Assembly (NCBI RefSeq): GCF_009914755.1
Contig: NC_060925.1
Source: the human T2T-CHM13v2.0 reference genome, Homo sapiens
Reading direction: 5' to 3' (one strand)
Length of the DNA: 64,000 nucleotides
Shown here: positions 1 through 12,399 of the stretch, piece by piece
How the letters are laid out: each line of letters opens with the position of its first letter
How positions within the stretch are numbered: the stretch's first letter is position 1
Notes under the pieces: model-generated
Database searches by the model: none
Told to the model about the DNA's origin: nothing
Seen by the model: only the letters and a program-made list of their open reading frames with translations
Translations under genes and position numbers: made by a program

Positions 1-574
1 TTACATCTCATAGATGGAACAAACCTGTGCTATTGATTTAGGATTTCTATTGTATCATGTGCTGACAGAAAAAACAACAACAATCAAGTTACATCTCATA
101 GATGGAACAAACCTGTGCTGAAGGACGAAATTGCTAAATAAGTGCACTCTGGAACACACTTAGCTGAAGCGGCACTGCCTGAAAGGGGTTCTGCAGGGTG
201 AACTAGGAGGCATAATTAGAACCAACTGAAGTGTCTAATATTGATAGATAAGCACTCTAGAAATCAGATTTTGGGATGTGCTAATGATCCTCTTTACAGT
301 AAAGGTCTAAAATAGCCCACTGCCCTCTGCCAAATCCAACCATTAATATTTATTAAATAAAATATGAGTGTACCATTAATTTTAAACAACTGACATAAAT
401 CGAAGCTTTCTCCTATTTGAAGCACAAAAATTATAAGGATGAGGCCACACAAGATTGAAGTCATGATGTTTTATAGATACTGAAAGAACTGGTTATCGAT
501 TTTAAAAATCAAGTGGCCTCATTAACTAATATAACTTGCATATGGCGAGAAAGAAAAGACAATGAACAAAAATG

Positions 575-730
575 TTTGGGTTCAAATCCCCAGTAACCAA
601 GAGCAAGTCACTTAACTTCTCTGAAGGCACAACAGTCACATCTGTAAAGCAGAAACAGTAACACTCACTCTACTTACTCATAGGGCTAATAAAATAAATG
701 CGATAATGCATGAAAGTGATTGCAAATATT
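575..730 (+). mobile_element. MIR SINE fragment
   Basis: MIR core-like 'gcaagtcacttaacttctctg...catctgtaaa'; approximate ends. Confidence 0.7.
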
Positions 731-782
731 ATTCAGTTCTATTCAAATATGTTATTGAAATTATTTTACTTCAATAACATAT

Positions 783-836
783 TTTTTTGCCGTTACTTTC
801 AGTGGCAAAAACCACAATTACTTTTGCATCAACCTA
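783..836. mobile_element. MADE1 (Hsmar1 MITE), one terminal inverted repeat (TIR) retained
   Basis: 'ggcaaaaaccacaattacttttgcatcaacctaa' followed by TA matches the MADE1/Hsmar1 TIR. Confidence 0.9.
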
Positions 837-1348
837 ATATTTGAAAAAAATGATTTTTAAAAAGAATGCAATGATAAGGAGGACCTTTTCCCCTTGGGTG
901 ACACATTCTAAACATTTTTTTTTAACATATCACAAATCTCCATTTTTCCTAAGTGGTTTACAATAACTTAATTTAGCCTGAAAGTACTTATTTGAGGTTT
1001 AAAAAAAGGTAGGACAAGATGGAGGTGCAAAAATCAGTGACAGTGCAAAATACTCTTTAGAAGGCATTAACTACTCTTAAAAATGTGAACACCCATAATT
1101 TCATGGGACAAAGCAACATGACCTGAATTCTTTCTCTAATTCAAGGCACTCTGTGTATTAATAGGACTTCCTCACATGTAATATCTGAAATATTTTTTCT
1201 TGTTTTATATACCATCCAAATACCTTTTTCACATGTAGCATTTTCAAATCTGTAGTAGAAAGTTGATTGATGGGATGGACCATCAATATGTAGTTATACT
1301 GATCCCTCACAAGTTATTCCTATAATAAAAATAGAATTGCTATAAGCT

Positions 1349-1567
1349 TCAGTGTTTAATATGATACCCACTAGCCACATGTGGATATTTAAATGTAAAT
1401 TAATTAAAATTATAAAACTGAAAATTCAGTTCCTCAGTTAGCCTAGCCATATTTCAAGTGCTCAACAGCCACACTAGTCACACAATAGCTGACTAGTGCC
1501 TTCTGCATTGGACAGCGCAAATATAGAATATGTCTATCCTCACAGAAAGTTCCAGTAGACTGCACTA
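1349..1567 (-). mobile_element. MER3 (hAT-Charlie MITE)
   Basis: 'ctagccacatgtgg', 'aaattcagttcctcagt', 'atttcaagtgctcaa', 'ttggacagcgc', 'acagaaagttc'. Confidence 0.85.
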
Positions 1568-2139
1568 CTACAGAGGGTCTTTGAAATCAGAGACCCAGCT
1601 CACATCACTAGGTATCAAACCTTTTTTTTTTTTTTTGGCATAAGCTATCCTCACTCTTAACCAAGGAACACTGTGAAGTTCTGCTCTTCCAGCTCTTTGA
1701 AGCCTGAGTTTCTTGCAGGGTGTGAAACAGTTAAATTGTTTTGCTTTGTTTTTTACCACCAGTCTCAGCACCTAGTTGGAGGACCATGCTTATGAGGGTA
1801 GTAGAATTTATGCAATGCAAAAAAATGTAGAAATGTTCACTGAGTGAACAAAGGGTCTGCCTAGGTTTTCTGGGGTCCACCTTCCAAATGGGATCCTAAA
1901 ACTTAGGTGACTTTTCTTTTGGAAAGGTAAATACACTTCACTTAATGGGTAAATTGTTATGTCCACCATATTAACTGACTCAGTGGAATCACAGAGAAAT
2001 TTTAAAACTTGCAGAAGAATAAGAATCAATATATGATCAAAGTAGCTGAGAAGACCTAAGCACCTACTAGCCCATAAGGCTGGAGAAAGTATACCTGTTG
2101 GCATAACCAGATGTACAATTTCAGAGGAAGCAGAAAAGA

Positions 2140-2310
2140 ACTAGCATTTACTAAACACCTAGTATGTATTCATAGTAACCTTATGAAGTGGGTAGAATAA
2201 ATACCATTTAACAGAATAGAAAACTGATGTTTAGAGCATAATTCTCCAAAAGTCACACAGCTATTAAGTGATGTATATATAATTTAAATTTACATCTATC
2301 CAGCTCCAGT
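2140..2310 (-). mobile_element. MIR fragment
   Basis: 'aaccttatgaagt...aaactga...gtcacacagcta' resembles antisense MIR core. Confidence 0.65.
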
Positions 2311-3765
2311 GCTCTTGTTTTTTCCATTATACTTTAAAGACCTTCAAAGAGAATAATATTAGTAGTAAAGGCTGAGGCTCCTGCCTTCTGATCATGGATG
2401 GAATCAAAACTTAAGACTCCTCAGAGGGCAATTGGCCAAGAACAAAATGTAGCATAAAGTGAAAACTTAAAGACAATCAAACCTAGTATGCAGAAAGAGC
2501 TCACAAATATGTAGAGTGCTAAATGGCAGTACACTTCAGTAGCAAAGGAGTTTACAAAACAAAGGTTGTAAGGCTTGTAGAATAATATTCACATGCTATT
2601 CAAATACAGAAGGGAACTTTTATTGCAGCTAAATATGAGGATTAACATAGAGCCCAAGAAAATCTAATAAGGAAGAAAGGTGGAAGATAAGAAGCTGGAA
2701 TGAATACCTGATTCCACATGCATATGGGAAGACAATGTAATCCCTAGTAAGTGGACACAGAAATGTATAAAACAAAAACAATAATTTATATGCCTAAAAT
2801 ATCTCTGAAATATGCAGATTAACCATGGCAGTTTGAGGATCTTCTCAAGTAATTTATATTTTCCAAACTGAAAATTCCTTTTCTGCTTCAAGCCATGATG
2901 GAGTAACTGGAACAGGAGTTGCCTTTCCACTGTAAAAAAAAAAAAAATTAGAAAATTGGACAAAATACACAAAACAACTGTTTTCAGACACCGGACAGCA
3001 AAAAAACATAAGGCTGTGTCCCTGAGAGAACAGAAACAAAAATGATAAGCCCTAGGATTGCCCCAGATTTCTATCTAGGTATTCTTTTCAAATTGTAATA
3101 CAGAAAGGGGGAACTCAAGCAGATCAAAGTGGTATTGCAGAGTCGAGGTGATAGAAAATAGAGTTTAGAAAGGCTGACGTGGCTGGAGTTTTAAGGGCAC
3201 AGAACCAGACAGCAAAAGAATCAAGCTGAACTGTGATAATCTGCCAAAGCAAAATTTAACATTCTTTAAAAGAAGACACAAAATTAAGTACTAAATAAAC
3301 AACATTTATTGTGTCCAGCATTTAAAAAAATAACTAGAGATATAGTGATACAGAAAGTTATAATCCATAACCAGGAGAGATATCAGTCAATAAAAGCAGA
3401 CCCTCAGATGACAGAGATGATGAAATCAGCAGACAGGGACATTAAAGCAACTACTATAAATATGTCCTAGGATTTAAAAGAAAACATGTTTAAAACAACA
3501 TGTTTAAAAGAATATAATTAAGAGAGAAATGGAAGATATGAGAACTAAATAAACCTTAAAGTGCTGAAAATGAAAATATCTAAATTGAAAAATTACATAA
3601 ACTAAACAGAAGGTTAAACACTGCAGAAGAAAAGATTAATGAATTTAAAGATATAGCAGTAAATTCTATTCAAACTATGTCACAGAAAAAAAAAACACTA
3701 GAGAAATACTTAACTAAGCCTCATTAACCTGTGGAATAGTATTATATTAAGTGGTCTAATGTATT

Positions 3766-6145
3766 TAGGCATAACTCACTTTGTTGCATTTTTTGTGCTT
3801 TGCAAATATTATGTTTTTTACAAATTGAAGATCTGTGGCAACCCCTTGTCAAGTATGTCTATTGGGGTCATTTTTCCAAAGGCATGTGCTCACATCTTGT
3901 CTCCATGTCACATTTTGACACATCTCACAATATTTCAGATGTTTTCATTATTATTATATATGTTATGATTTGTGATCAGTGATTATTTTATGTTACTTTT
4001 CTAAGTGGTTTGTGCACCACAAACTGTACCCATATGAGACAGCAAATTTAACTGATAAATGTGTGTGTTCTGACTGTTTCGCAGACAAGCTATTCTCCAC
4101 CTCTCTCTCTCTTTTTAGGCCTCCCTATTCCCTGAAACAAAACAGTATTGAAACTAGGCCAATTGATATCCCTACAACGATGTCTAAATGTTCAGTTGAA
4201 AAGAAGAGCCCCACATCTCCCACTTTAAATCAAAAGCTAGAAATGATTAAGCTTAGTGAGGAAGGCATGTTGAAAACCAGGATAGGCCAAAAGCTAAGCC
4301 TATTGTGCCAGTTAGCCAAGTTGTGAATGCAAAGGAAAAGTCCTTGAAGGAAATTAAAAGTGCTACTCCAGTGAACACATGAATGGTAAGAAAGCAAGAC
4401 AGCCTCACTGCTGAGATGGACAAAGTTTGAGTGGTCTGGATAGATGATCAGTCCAGCCAAAAAAAAAAATCCCATTAAGCCAAAACCTAATCCAGAGCAA
4501 GGCCGTAACTCTCTTCAATTCTGCGAAGGCTGAGAGAGGTGAGGAAGCTGCAGAAGAAATGTTTGAAGCTAGCAGAGGTTGGTTCATAAAGTTTAAGGAA
4601 AGAAGGTGTCTCTATAACATAAAACAAGCAGCAAGTGCTGATGTAGAAGCTACAGCAAGTTATCCATAAGATCTAGCTAAGATAATTGATGAAGGTGCCC
4701 ACACTAAACAACAGATTTTTAACATAAACAAAACAGCCTTCTCTTGAAGAAAGACATCATCTAGGACTTTCACAACTATAGAGGAGAAGTCAATGTTTGG
4801 CTTCAAAGCTTCAAAGGACAACCTGACTCTCTTGTTCAGGGCTAATGCAGCTGGTGAATGTAAAGTGAAGCCAATGCTCATTTACCATTCCGAAAATCCC
4901 AGGGCTCTTGAGAACTATGCTAAATCTACTCCGCCTGTGCTCTATAAATGGAACAACAAAGTCTGGATGACAGCACATCTGTTTACAGCTTGGTTTACTG
5001 AATATGTTAAGCCAACTGTTGAGACCTACTTCTCAGAAAAAAGAATTCTTTCAAAATAGTACTGCTCATTAACCATGCACCTGGACATCCAAGAGCTTTG
5101 ATGTAGATTAGTGTTGTTTTCGTGCCTGCTAACACAAAATCCATTCTGTAACCCATGAATCAAGGAGTAATTTCAACTATCAAATCTTATTATTTAGGAA
5201 ATACATGCTGTAAGACTATTAGTTGCCATAGTGATTTCTCTGATGGATCTAGGCAAAGTTAATTGAAAACCTTCTGGAAAGAATTCATCATTCTAGATGT
5301 CATTAAGAACATCTGTGATTCATAGGCGATCAAAAGATCAACATTAATGGGAGTTTGAAAGAAGTTGATTCCAATCCTCGTGGATGACTTTGAGGGGTTC
5401 AAGACCTCAGTGGAGAAAGCCTCTGCAAATGTGGTGGAAACAGCAAGAGAACTAGAAGTAGAGCCTGAAGATGAGACTGAATTGCTGCAATCTAATGATA
5501 AAATTTGAATGGATGAGGAATGGCTTCTTATGGTATCTTATGGAGCAAAGTGTCTTAGGGTTTCTTGTGAAGCAATCTACTTCTGGCGAAAAGGCTGTGA
5601 ACACTGTTGAAATAACAACAAAGGATTTAGAAGATTCCATACACTTAGTTGATAAAGCAGCAGCAGGGTTTGAGAATTGACTCCAATAATGAAAGAAGTT
5701 CTACTATGAGTAAAATACTATCGAGCAGCATTGCATGCTACAGAGAAATCTACGGTGAAAGAAAGAGTCAACAATGTGGAAAACTTCATTTTTGTCTTAT
5801 TTTTAAAAACTGCCACAGCCACCCAAACCTTCAGCAGCCACTACCCTGATCAGTCAGTTGCCATCAACATTGAAGCAAGACTCCCCACCAGCAAAAAGAT
5901 TATGACTTTCTGAAGGCTTGGATAATTCTTAGCATATTTTAGCAATAAAGTATTTTTTCATTAAGATATATACATCATTTTTTAGACATAATACTATTAT
6001 ACACTTAATAGACTATATTATAGTGTAAACATAACTTTTATATGCACTGGGAAACCAAAAAGTTCGTGTGATTTGCTTTATTGGAATATCAGCTTTATTG
6101 CAGTGGTCATAAATCAAACCCACAATATCTCCTGGGGTATGCCCG
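3766..6145 (+). mobile_element. Tigger1 DNA transposon (TcMar-Tigger/pogo), near full length (~2.38 kb)
   Basis: Ends 'taggcataactc...' and '...ggtatgcccg|ta' correspond to CAGGCATACCTC TIRs; internal transposase remnants. Confidence 0.95.
4180..5932 (+). pseudogene. Decayed Tigger1 transposase (CENP-B HTH + DDE, TIGD1-like) with stops and frameshifts
   Basis: ORF fragments [67 protein letters not shown]...[30 protein letters not shown] in different frames. Confidence 0.9.
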
Positions 6146-6511
6146 TATATAATTAGAAAAGGAAGGAAAGACAAAGAAAATGTATGATGGAATAATGGAA
6201 GAAATGTTTCCAAATTTGATGAATACTATAAATCCACAGGCTCAAAAATCTCAATGAACCTCAAGCAGGGTAAACAAACAAACAAACACACCAAGGTATA
6301 TCATAATCAAATTGCTGAAAGCCAGTGATAAGAGAATATCTTAAAAGCAGAGACAAAGACATTACACATAGGAGAACAAAGATAAAAATAATCTCACTCT
6401 TCTCATTATAAATAATGCAAGCTATAGGACAATGGAACAATGTATTTACAGTAGTGGAAGACAACCTAGAATTCAATATCCAGAAAAAAAAATAACTTTC
6501 AAAAATGAAGG

Positions 6512-6780
6512 CTATGGGGAAAATCTTTATGACACTGGATTTGGCAATAATTTCATGGATCTGACACCGAAAATACAGGCAACAAAAGAAAACAATATAT
6601 ACATTGGACTTCATCAAAATTAAGAACTTTTGTGCATAAATGAGTACTATCAAGAAAGAGAAAAAAACAACCTAATGAACAGAAAAAAATATTTGCAAAT
6701 TACATGTTTCACAAGAGATTAATATTAATATATAAATAACTTCTAAAACTCAACAACAAAAACCAAACAACAATAAAGAA
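6512..6780 (+). mobile_element. L1 (L1M) ORF2 3' fragment
   Basis: GENLYDTGFGNNFMDLTPKIQATK resembles L1 ORF2 C-terminal region; 'ggacttcatcaaaattaagaacttttgtgca'. Confidence 0.85.
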
Positions 6781-7001
6781 CATGAAAAAATGAAACAATT
6801 TGGATGAGTAATACCAAGTAAAAAATTAGCTATAATCCTCTCATCTAAAGATTACTACAATTATATTTTTATGTAAAATCTTTTTCTGCACATTCATAGG
6901 TTTAATAACAATAATGGAAACATATTTTAATAGTGTATAATTTTTTTATTAAACCATAAACATATTTTCCTATTATTAAAAAAAGGCTAAATAATGATGT
7001 A

Positions 7002-7307
<306 letters not shown>

Positions 7308-7579
7308 ATGTATTCAGATAAGCAATAGCTGAGAAAATTTTATATCAGCAGACCTGCATTGTCAGAAATGTTAAAGGAAGTTGTTCAGGTAGAAAGAAAA
7401 TGCCACATGATGGAAACTTAGCTTTACACAAAGAAATAAAGAATGTCAAAAAAACTAAATATATAGATAAATATGAACGATGGTTCCTCCCAGTTTTAAT
7501 TGGCTTTACATTGAAAAACTCACTTTGAATATGTTAGATCAAAAATACATAAACTTGTGTTACTCCATCTGACCATGTG

Positions 7580-7710
7580 TTATTTATTCATTTATTTATT
7601 TATTCATTTAATAAGTACTATTCTGGGAGGTCCACTATTTTTGGCACTGGCTGTTCAATAGAGAATAAAAAGACAAGGGTCCCTGCATTCACAGAGCTTC
7701 TATGTGTTCA
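7580..7710 (-). mobile_element. L2 3' end fragment
   Basis: 'ttcattt...aagtacta...ggcactgg...aagacaagggtccctgcattcacagagctt'. Confidence 0.6.
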
Positions 7711-8169
7711 TGGTCCAGCAACATCAATCAGCTTTGTAGTTCCACCACATTCTCCAGAGCTTCTCGTTCACCTGTTTTTGCTCTTCTCAAATAATTTGTG
7801 TCCTCTAGCTGTCTCCATGTCTTCACTTTAGGATTCACTCCTCACTCTCTCAGTTAGATTTCTACCCTGCCAAAAGTATTCCTAATAAGATGATGTCTTG
7901 GATGGATTCCCTCCAGAAGTAGAGCCTGAGTTGAGTATTTTTCTGCAAATAATTTATTCATGGAATGCTCTCAAGAGAAAGGAGTGAGAGAAACACAATA
8001 GGGCAGAGAAGAAAATAATCTAAGCAAGAATGTCTTATCAACTGGAGACGAGCTTCAGCCAACTCCACAGGGAGTTCTATGAATCGCCCTACAGAAGCAA
8101 GAGAGGCAAACTTTTCTATCTATACATGTCGTGCATTGGCTGCAGAAAACAGAGAGAATGTAATGGACA

Positions 8170-9149
8170 AGAGAAGTATACTAAAACTGACTTGTTTCAA
8201 GAGCTAGCAAGAGCCAATTTTTAAATTTCTCAATATTGTGCAAGCTGGCTGTTAAACACAGTCATTATTAGTAATTAAATTACAGGTACATAAATGTACA
8301 ATTAAATAAAGTATATAAAAACATAGGTAATAGATACTCAAAACTCATCACTTCCTATTTTATTATATTTTACTCATGTTCTTGAGGTTAATTACATCTA
8401 TTGTATTCTATAGATAAAAATTCTATATAATGGTGCGTCCTGCACCAGTGAGTTTCTCTAACTCCAGATTTAGTGACATCACATTGGTAGCTTGAAATTA
8501 AACATAACGAGGATATTTATGCTATAAATATTGATAAACACTACAAATTGGGGCTTGGTTTATTGTTTTATTGATCATCTATCTGGCCTTTAAAAGGTGA
8601 TGGAGAAAATGTTACTAAACTAATTACATTGTGAATAGCACAAAAAGAATTAAGGAAATACTCTGGTAGGTATTTAAAAATATTATCTGGTTCAGCAAAG
8701 TTATTCAGATCATTAATGAATGAATAAAATTCTGACATATATCTTCTTGTTTCATTTTATACTACTCATTAACATAAACAAAAATATCAACCAGGATTTG
8801 CGTAAGAGCTGCGTTTGTTCACCAATTGAATATATCAGTAGCTATGAATACAAGAGTTTGGGAGAAGGGGAGAGCATTCTATGCAAATCAATTGGCTATA
8901 CAGAATTTCGATAAAGTATTTGATAATTTGTTATTATTGGTAAATTGTATACTACACAACGTTTATACCAGTAACATTTATAATAAAAGGAAGAAGGAAG
9001 GGAAGAAGGGAAGAAGGAAAGAAAGGAAGAAGGGAAGGGGAAGGGGAAAAGGAAGGGGAAAGGAAGGGAAGGGAAGAAGGAAATAAATAGATAGATACAA
9101 AATAATTTTTTCCCAGAAAGCTGGTTTTTAAACATTTACCAGCACACTG
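8170..9149 (+). mobile_element. MER63 (C/D-type, hAT-Blackjack)
   Basis: 'gcaagagccaattt', 'aaactcatcacttcct', 'ttggtagcttgaaat', terminal 'aaacatttaccagcacactg'. Confidence 0.85.
8985..9083 (+). repeat. 99-nt uninterrupted polypurine (GGAA/GGGAA) tract
   Basis: Direct reading: only A and G. Confidence 0.97.
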
Positions 9150-9311
9150 TGCAGGTAGGGGTGGGAATGCAACTTCCCCCATTTGGACGAGGACGATTCT
9201 TTAGAAAAGATAGCCATTGTGAGCCTTTAGCAAACAACATTCAAAGTATCAGAAGCGTAGATGCAACTGCCTGGTAAAGGGAATCTGGGTGGGGCACAAC
9301 AGCATCCTCTG

Positions 9312-9760
9312 GATGGCTAATGACCTCTATGTTGTTAAATCCTACGGGCTCACGATTCCCAACGTTTTTAACAGCAATTGATAGTTGACCACTTCCTCCT
9401 CTTCTAAATAGTCTTCTTTTGGATTTCTTGACATCACATCCTCTTAGCTTTTCTCCTAACCCTTTGGCCTTTTCCCCTCAAACTGCTTTGCTTTCTCTCA
9501 TTAATTTAACGGTTGGAGTTTCTCCAGATTCAGTTCTAAGGCTTCTTCTCATTCTCCATTCTCTTTCTAGACCTTCTAATCTACTTTCTTGCCATTATTT
9601 ATTATACATATGTCAATAGCTCTAAATGTGTATATACAGTGCAGATTTATCTTCTGAAGCTCAGGTTCATGTATCCTATTGCTTATTCAACACCTCTACT
9701 TGGATATTTCATGGGCACTTCATACTCCGTATGCCCACAAATCAGTTCTTTATTCCAATC
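9312..9760 (+). mobile_element. L2 fragment
   Basis: 'taatgacctctatgttgttaaatcc', 'gttgaccacttcctcctctt', 'ctctacttggatatt'. Confidence 0.7.
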
Positions 9761-10237
9761 TTCTAAACATTTTTTCTCTTCTTATTTGACTTATGTGCCA
9801 AAGAAAGGCAAAATAAAACAAGAAAACTACATTTTCCCTATCAAAATAGCAAATTAGTTTTATTTGAAAGTAATGAAAATGAAATTAAATGAATATTTTC
9901 ATGTAGCATGGATAGGAGAGTAATCTGATACAATCTCTTTGGGAGAAAATACCTAGCAATATATATATCATTCACTCAAATTCAGTAGTTCTACAAATAT
10001 ATTGTTTTTAAAACTAAAATATACAAGTGAAAGTTAATGAACAAGACTCATAACCATGTCATTGACAAAATCCAAAATTTTAAATGGCTTAAATCCCAAT
10101 CAACAGAGATTGGTAGTATCTAGCCTATAGTATATCCATATGAGAGAATATTATGCTTTCAACAAAGTTCGATAATTTAAGAATTGCTTAAAATATTCAG
10201 CTGAAACAATAGAACCATACTTTGTTCAAAAAAAAAA

Positions 10238-10515
10238 TTTTTTTTTTTTGAGACGGAGTCTCTCTCTGTCACCCAGGCTGGAATGCAGTGGCGCGATCTC
10301 GGCTCACTGCAAACTCCGCCCCCCGGGTTCACGCCTCAGGGTTCTCCTGCCCCGGGTTCTCCTGCCTCAGCCTCCCGAGTAGCTGGGACTACAGGTGCCC
10401 GCCACCACACCCAGCTAACTTTTTTTTTTTTTTGTATTTTTAGTAGAGACGGGGTTTCACCGTGTTCGCCAGGATGGTCTTGATCTCCTGACCTCGTGAT
10501 CCACCCATCTCAGCC
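10238..10515 (-). mobile_element. AluY, 5'-truncated, with internal 21-nt insertion
   Basis: AluY-type 'gggttcacgcc', 'caccgtgtt', 'ggatggtct', 'acctcgtgat'; lacks ~45 nt of the 5' end. Confidence 0.93.
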
Positions 10516-10674
10516 CAAAATTTTTATATGTTACATGATCTCAACTAAGTAAAAAATATATCGCTCAAACCATTAAAAGTCAATCTAACAAACTGTTATT
10601 TATGAGATGTAAAATTAAGAGTGCTTTTCTTTCTTCTACATCATACTTTCTGTATTTTTCATATTTCCTGCCTT

Positions 10675-11120
10675 TTATTTATCCATTCAACACACTATCG
10701 AGCATTTTTTTGCCATTCCTTGTTCTAGACACTGGGGACACAGCAATGGGAAAAATAAAACAGATGAAATTTCTACTTACATGGAGCCTCAGCCTCACTG
10801 AGAAGATAAACAATAAACAAATTTAAAAATTAGAATATATAGTATGAGAGAAAGTAATTAGATGTTGTAGAGAAAAAGACAGCAAAACAAGAGGATTCAG
10901 GAGTGCCAATGAGAGAAGAGTGCAACTTTAAATGGAGGAGTCAGAAAGGCCACACTCAGATAGTGACATTTGAATAGATTCCATTAGGAGTTTAACAGGG
11001 TGCCATGTGGAGATGTGGGGACGCACGGCAGACAGAGGGGACAGCAGGAGCAAAGGCTCTGAGGTGGGATGTGCCTGAGCATTCATAAAACAACAAAGAG
11101 GTCAATGAGGCTACAGCAAA
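10675..11120 (-). mobile_element. L2 3' region
   Basis: 'ccattcaaca...gagca...ctagacactggggacacagcaatg', 'gtgacatttga', 'gcaaaggctctgagg'. Confidence 0.75.
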
Positions 11121-11389
11121 TGGTCATGTCATTTTTTCATGAGTCAAAGACAAGCATTTTAAAAGAAAGAATAGGAAAAGACATATCTGTTTCAGTACAG
11201 ATGTATCAGAGAAGCAGAATTAAAAACTTGCATTTGATTTAAAAAAAAGACCATACGGAAGTTCCGTTAAATTTTTTCTAATTAATTCCCAGTGATTCTA
11301 TTTGAAAATTTAAATTGCATTTATTATTAATTTTAAACACAGTATAGTAACTTTGCTTGAAAAACCAGATTTTTATAAAAGTCTTTACA

Positions 11390-11835
11390 TACAAAGAAGT
11401 GATTGTGTCCATTCCAAAGATAAAGAAATGTAGTGAATTCAATTAAATATTATACTTAAGTTAAAAGGAATCAAAATGGATAGATCACTAAAGCACAGTG
11501 TTAACTGAAAAATACATGTTGGACAATGTGTACAGCAAGATACCATTAATGTAGCTTATTAAACACACACATAAAGCAGTGACATATATTGTTAGCAGAT
11601 GTGTATGAGTATGTAAAGTTATAGGAAACAAGCAGGAAGGGTACATACTAAAGTGATGACAGTGGTTGCCTAGAAGAGGGGGTGTGACAAAAATGATGGA
11701 GGAGGTCAAAGGAGGAAGATATCTTAAAGCTGGAAACAAACAGGGCAAAACATTAATTATTGTTAATGTGAGGTGGATATATAGATGCTTATTATATAAA
11801 GCTTTGTACTTTTTCAGATTTTTAAAATTTTCCTC
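11390..11835 (+). mobile_element. L1ME 3'UTR fragment
   Basis: 'aatggatagatc...aaagcacagtgtt', 'gacagtggttgcct', 'gtactttt...ttttaaaattttc'. Confidence 0.55.
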
Positions 11836-11840
11836 AAAAA

Positions 11841-11880
11841 AGGAAGGAAGGAAGGAAGGCAGGCAGGCAGGCAGGCAGGC
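11841..11880 (+). repeat. Compound microsatellite (GGAA)n(GGCA)n
   Basis: aggaaggaaggaaggaaggcaggcaggcaggcaggcaggc. Confidence 0.95.
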
Positions 11881-12289
11881 CTGTCCTCCACCTATGAGGT
11901 AAGCAAGTCAGTTAAAATCAACAAGTGTTCAGTAACCACCTGTGATATTGCAGGCACTGTGCCCAGAGCTAGATGTACTGAAGTGAGTAAGACACAGTCC
12001 CTTCCCTAAAGCAGCTTCCCAGGAGAAGTCTGGTAAGCACGAGTATGTGTTTTAATGTGTTTTTTTTTAAGCTACACAATCTAATTGTTAATACCTTATT
12101 CTAGATAAATCATCACTGATAATAGCTTAATTTTATTTTCGTGAAGGATACTAACTCTAATTTAACTAGAAAGAGGATACTTGCTAAAGATAGATTTATT
12201 AATTGACATTAAACGGGGAGAAGTCAAACAGTCCCGTAATCAATAAGCATTTGTGTGGGGTGGGGTCAATTGCTGCTAATACTCTATTA

Positions 12290-12340
12290 TAAATTACCCT
12301 AATGAAATCACAAGTAATGTGATTTCATTAGGGTAATTTA
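12290..12340. repeat. Perfect 23-bp inverted repeat, 5-nt spacer
   Basis: taaattaccctaatgaaatcaca-agtaa-tgtgatttcattagggtaattta. Confidence 0.98.
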
Positions 12341-12399
12341 CAAAGAATTTACAAATCTTTCATTTGTAAATCATAAAAAAAAACTAACTTAGAGTTCAC

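Larger units (their letters stand above)
7893..9311 (-). mobile_element. ERVL solo LTR (LTR33/LTR16-like), split by MER63
   Basis: Reverse complement begins 'ggatgctgttgtgccccacccagattccctttacc'; 3' end 'aataaattatttgcag...ctcaggctctacttctgg'. Confidence 0.7.

Noticed and set aside
3979-5913. Functional TIGD1-like gene
   Set aside because: Transposase is split over several frames with stops and sits between TIRs, so it is a fossil Tigger1.
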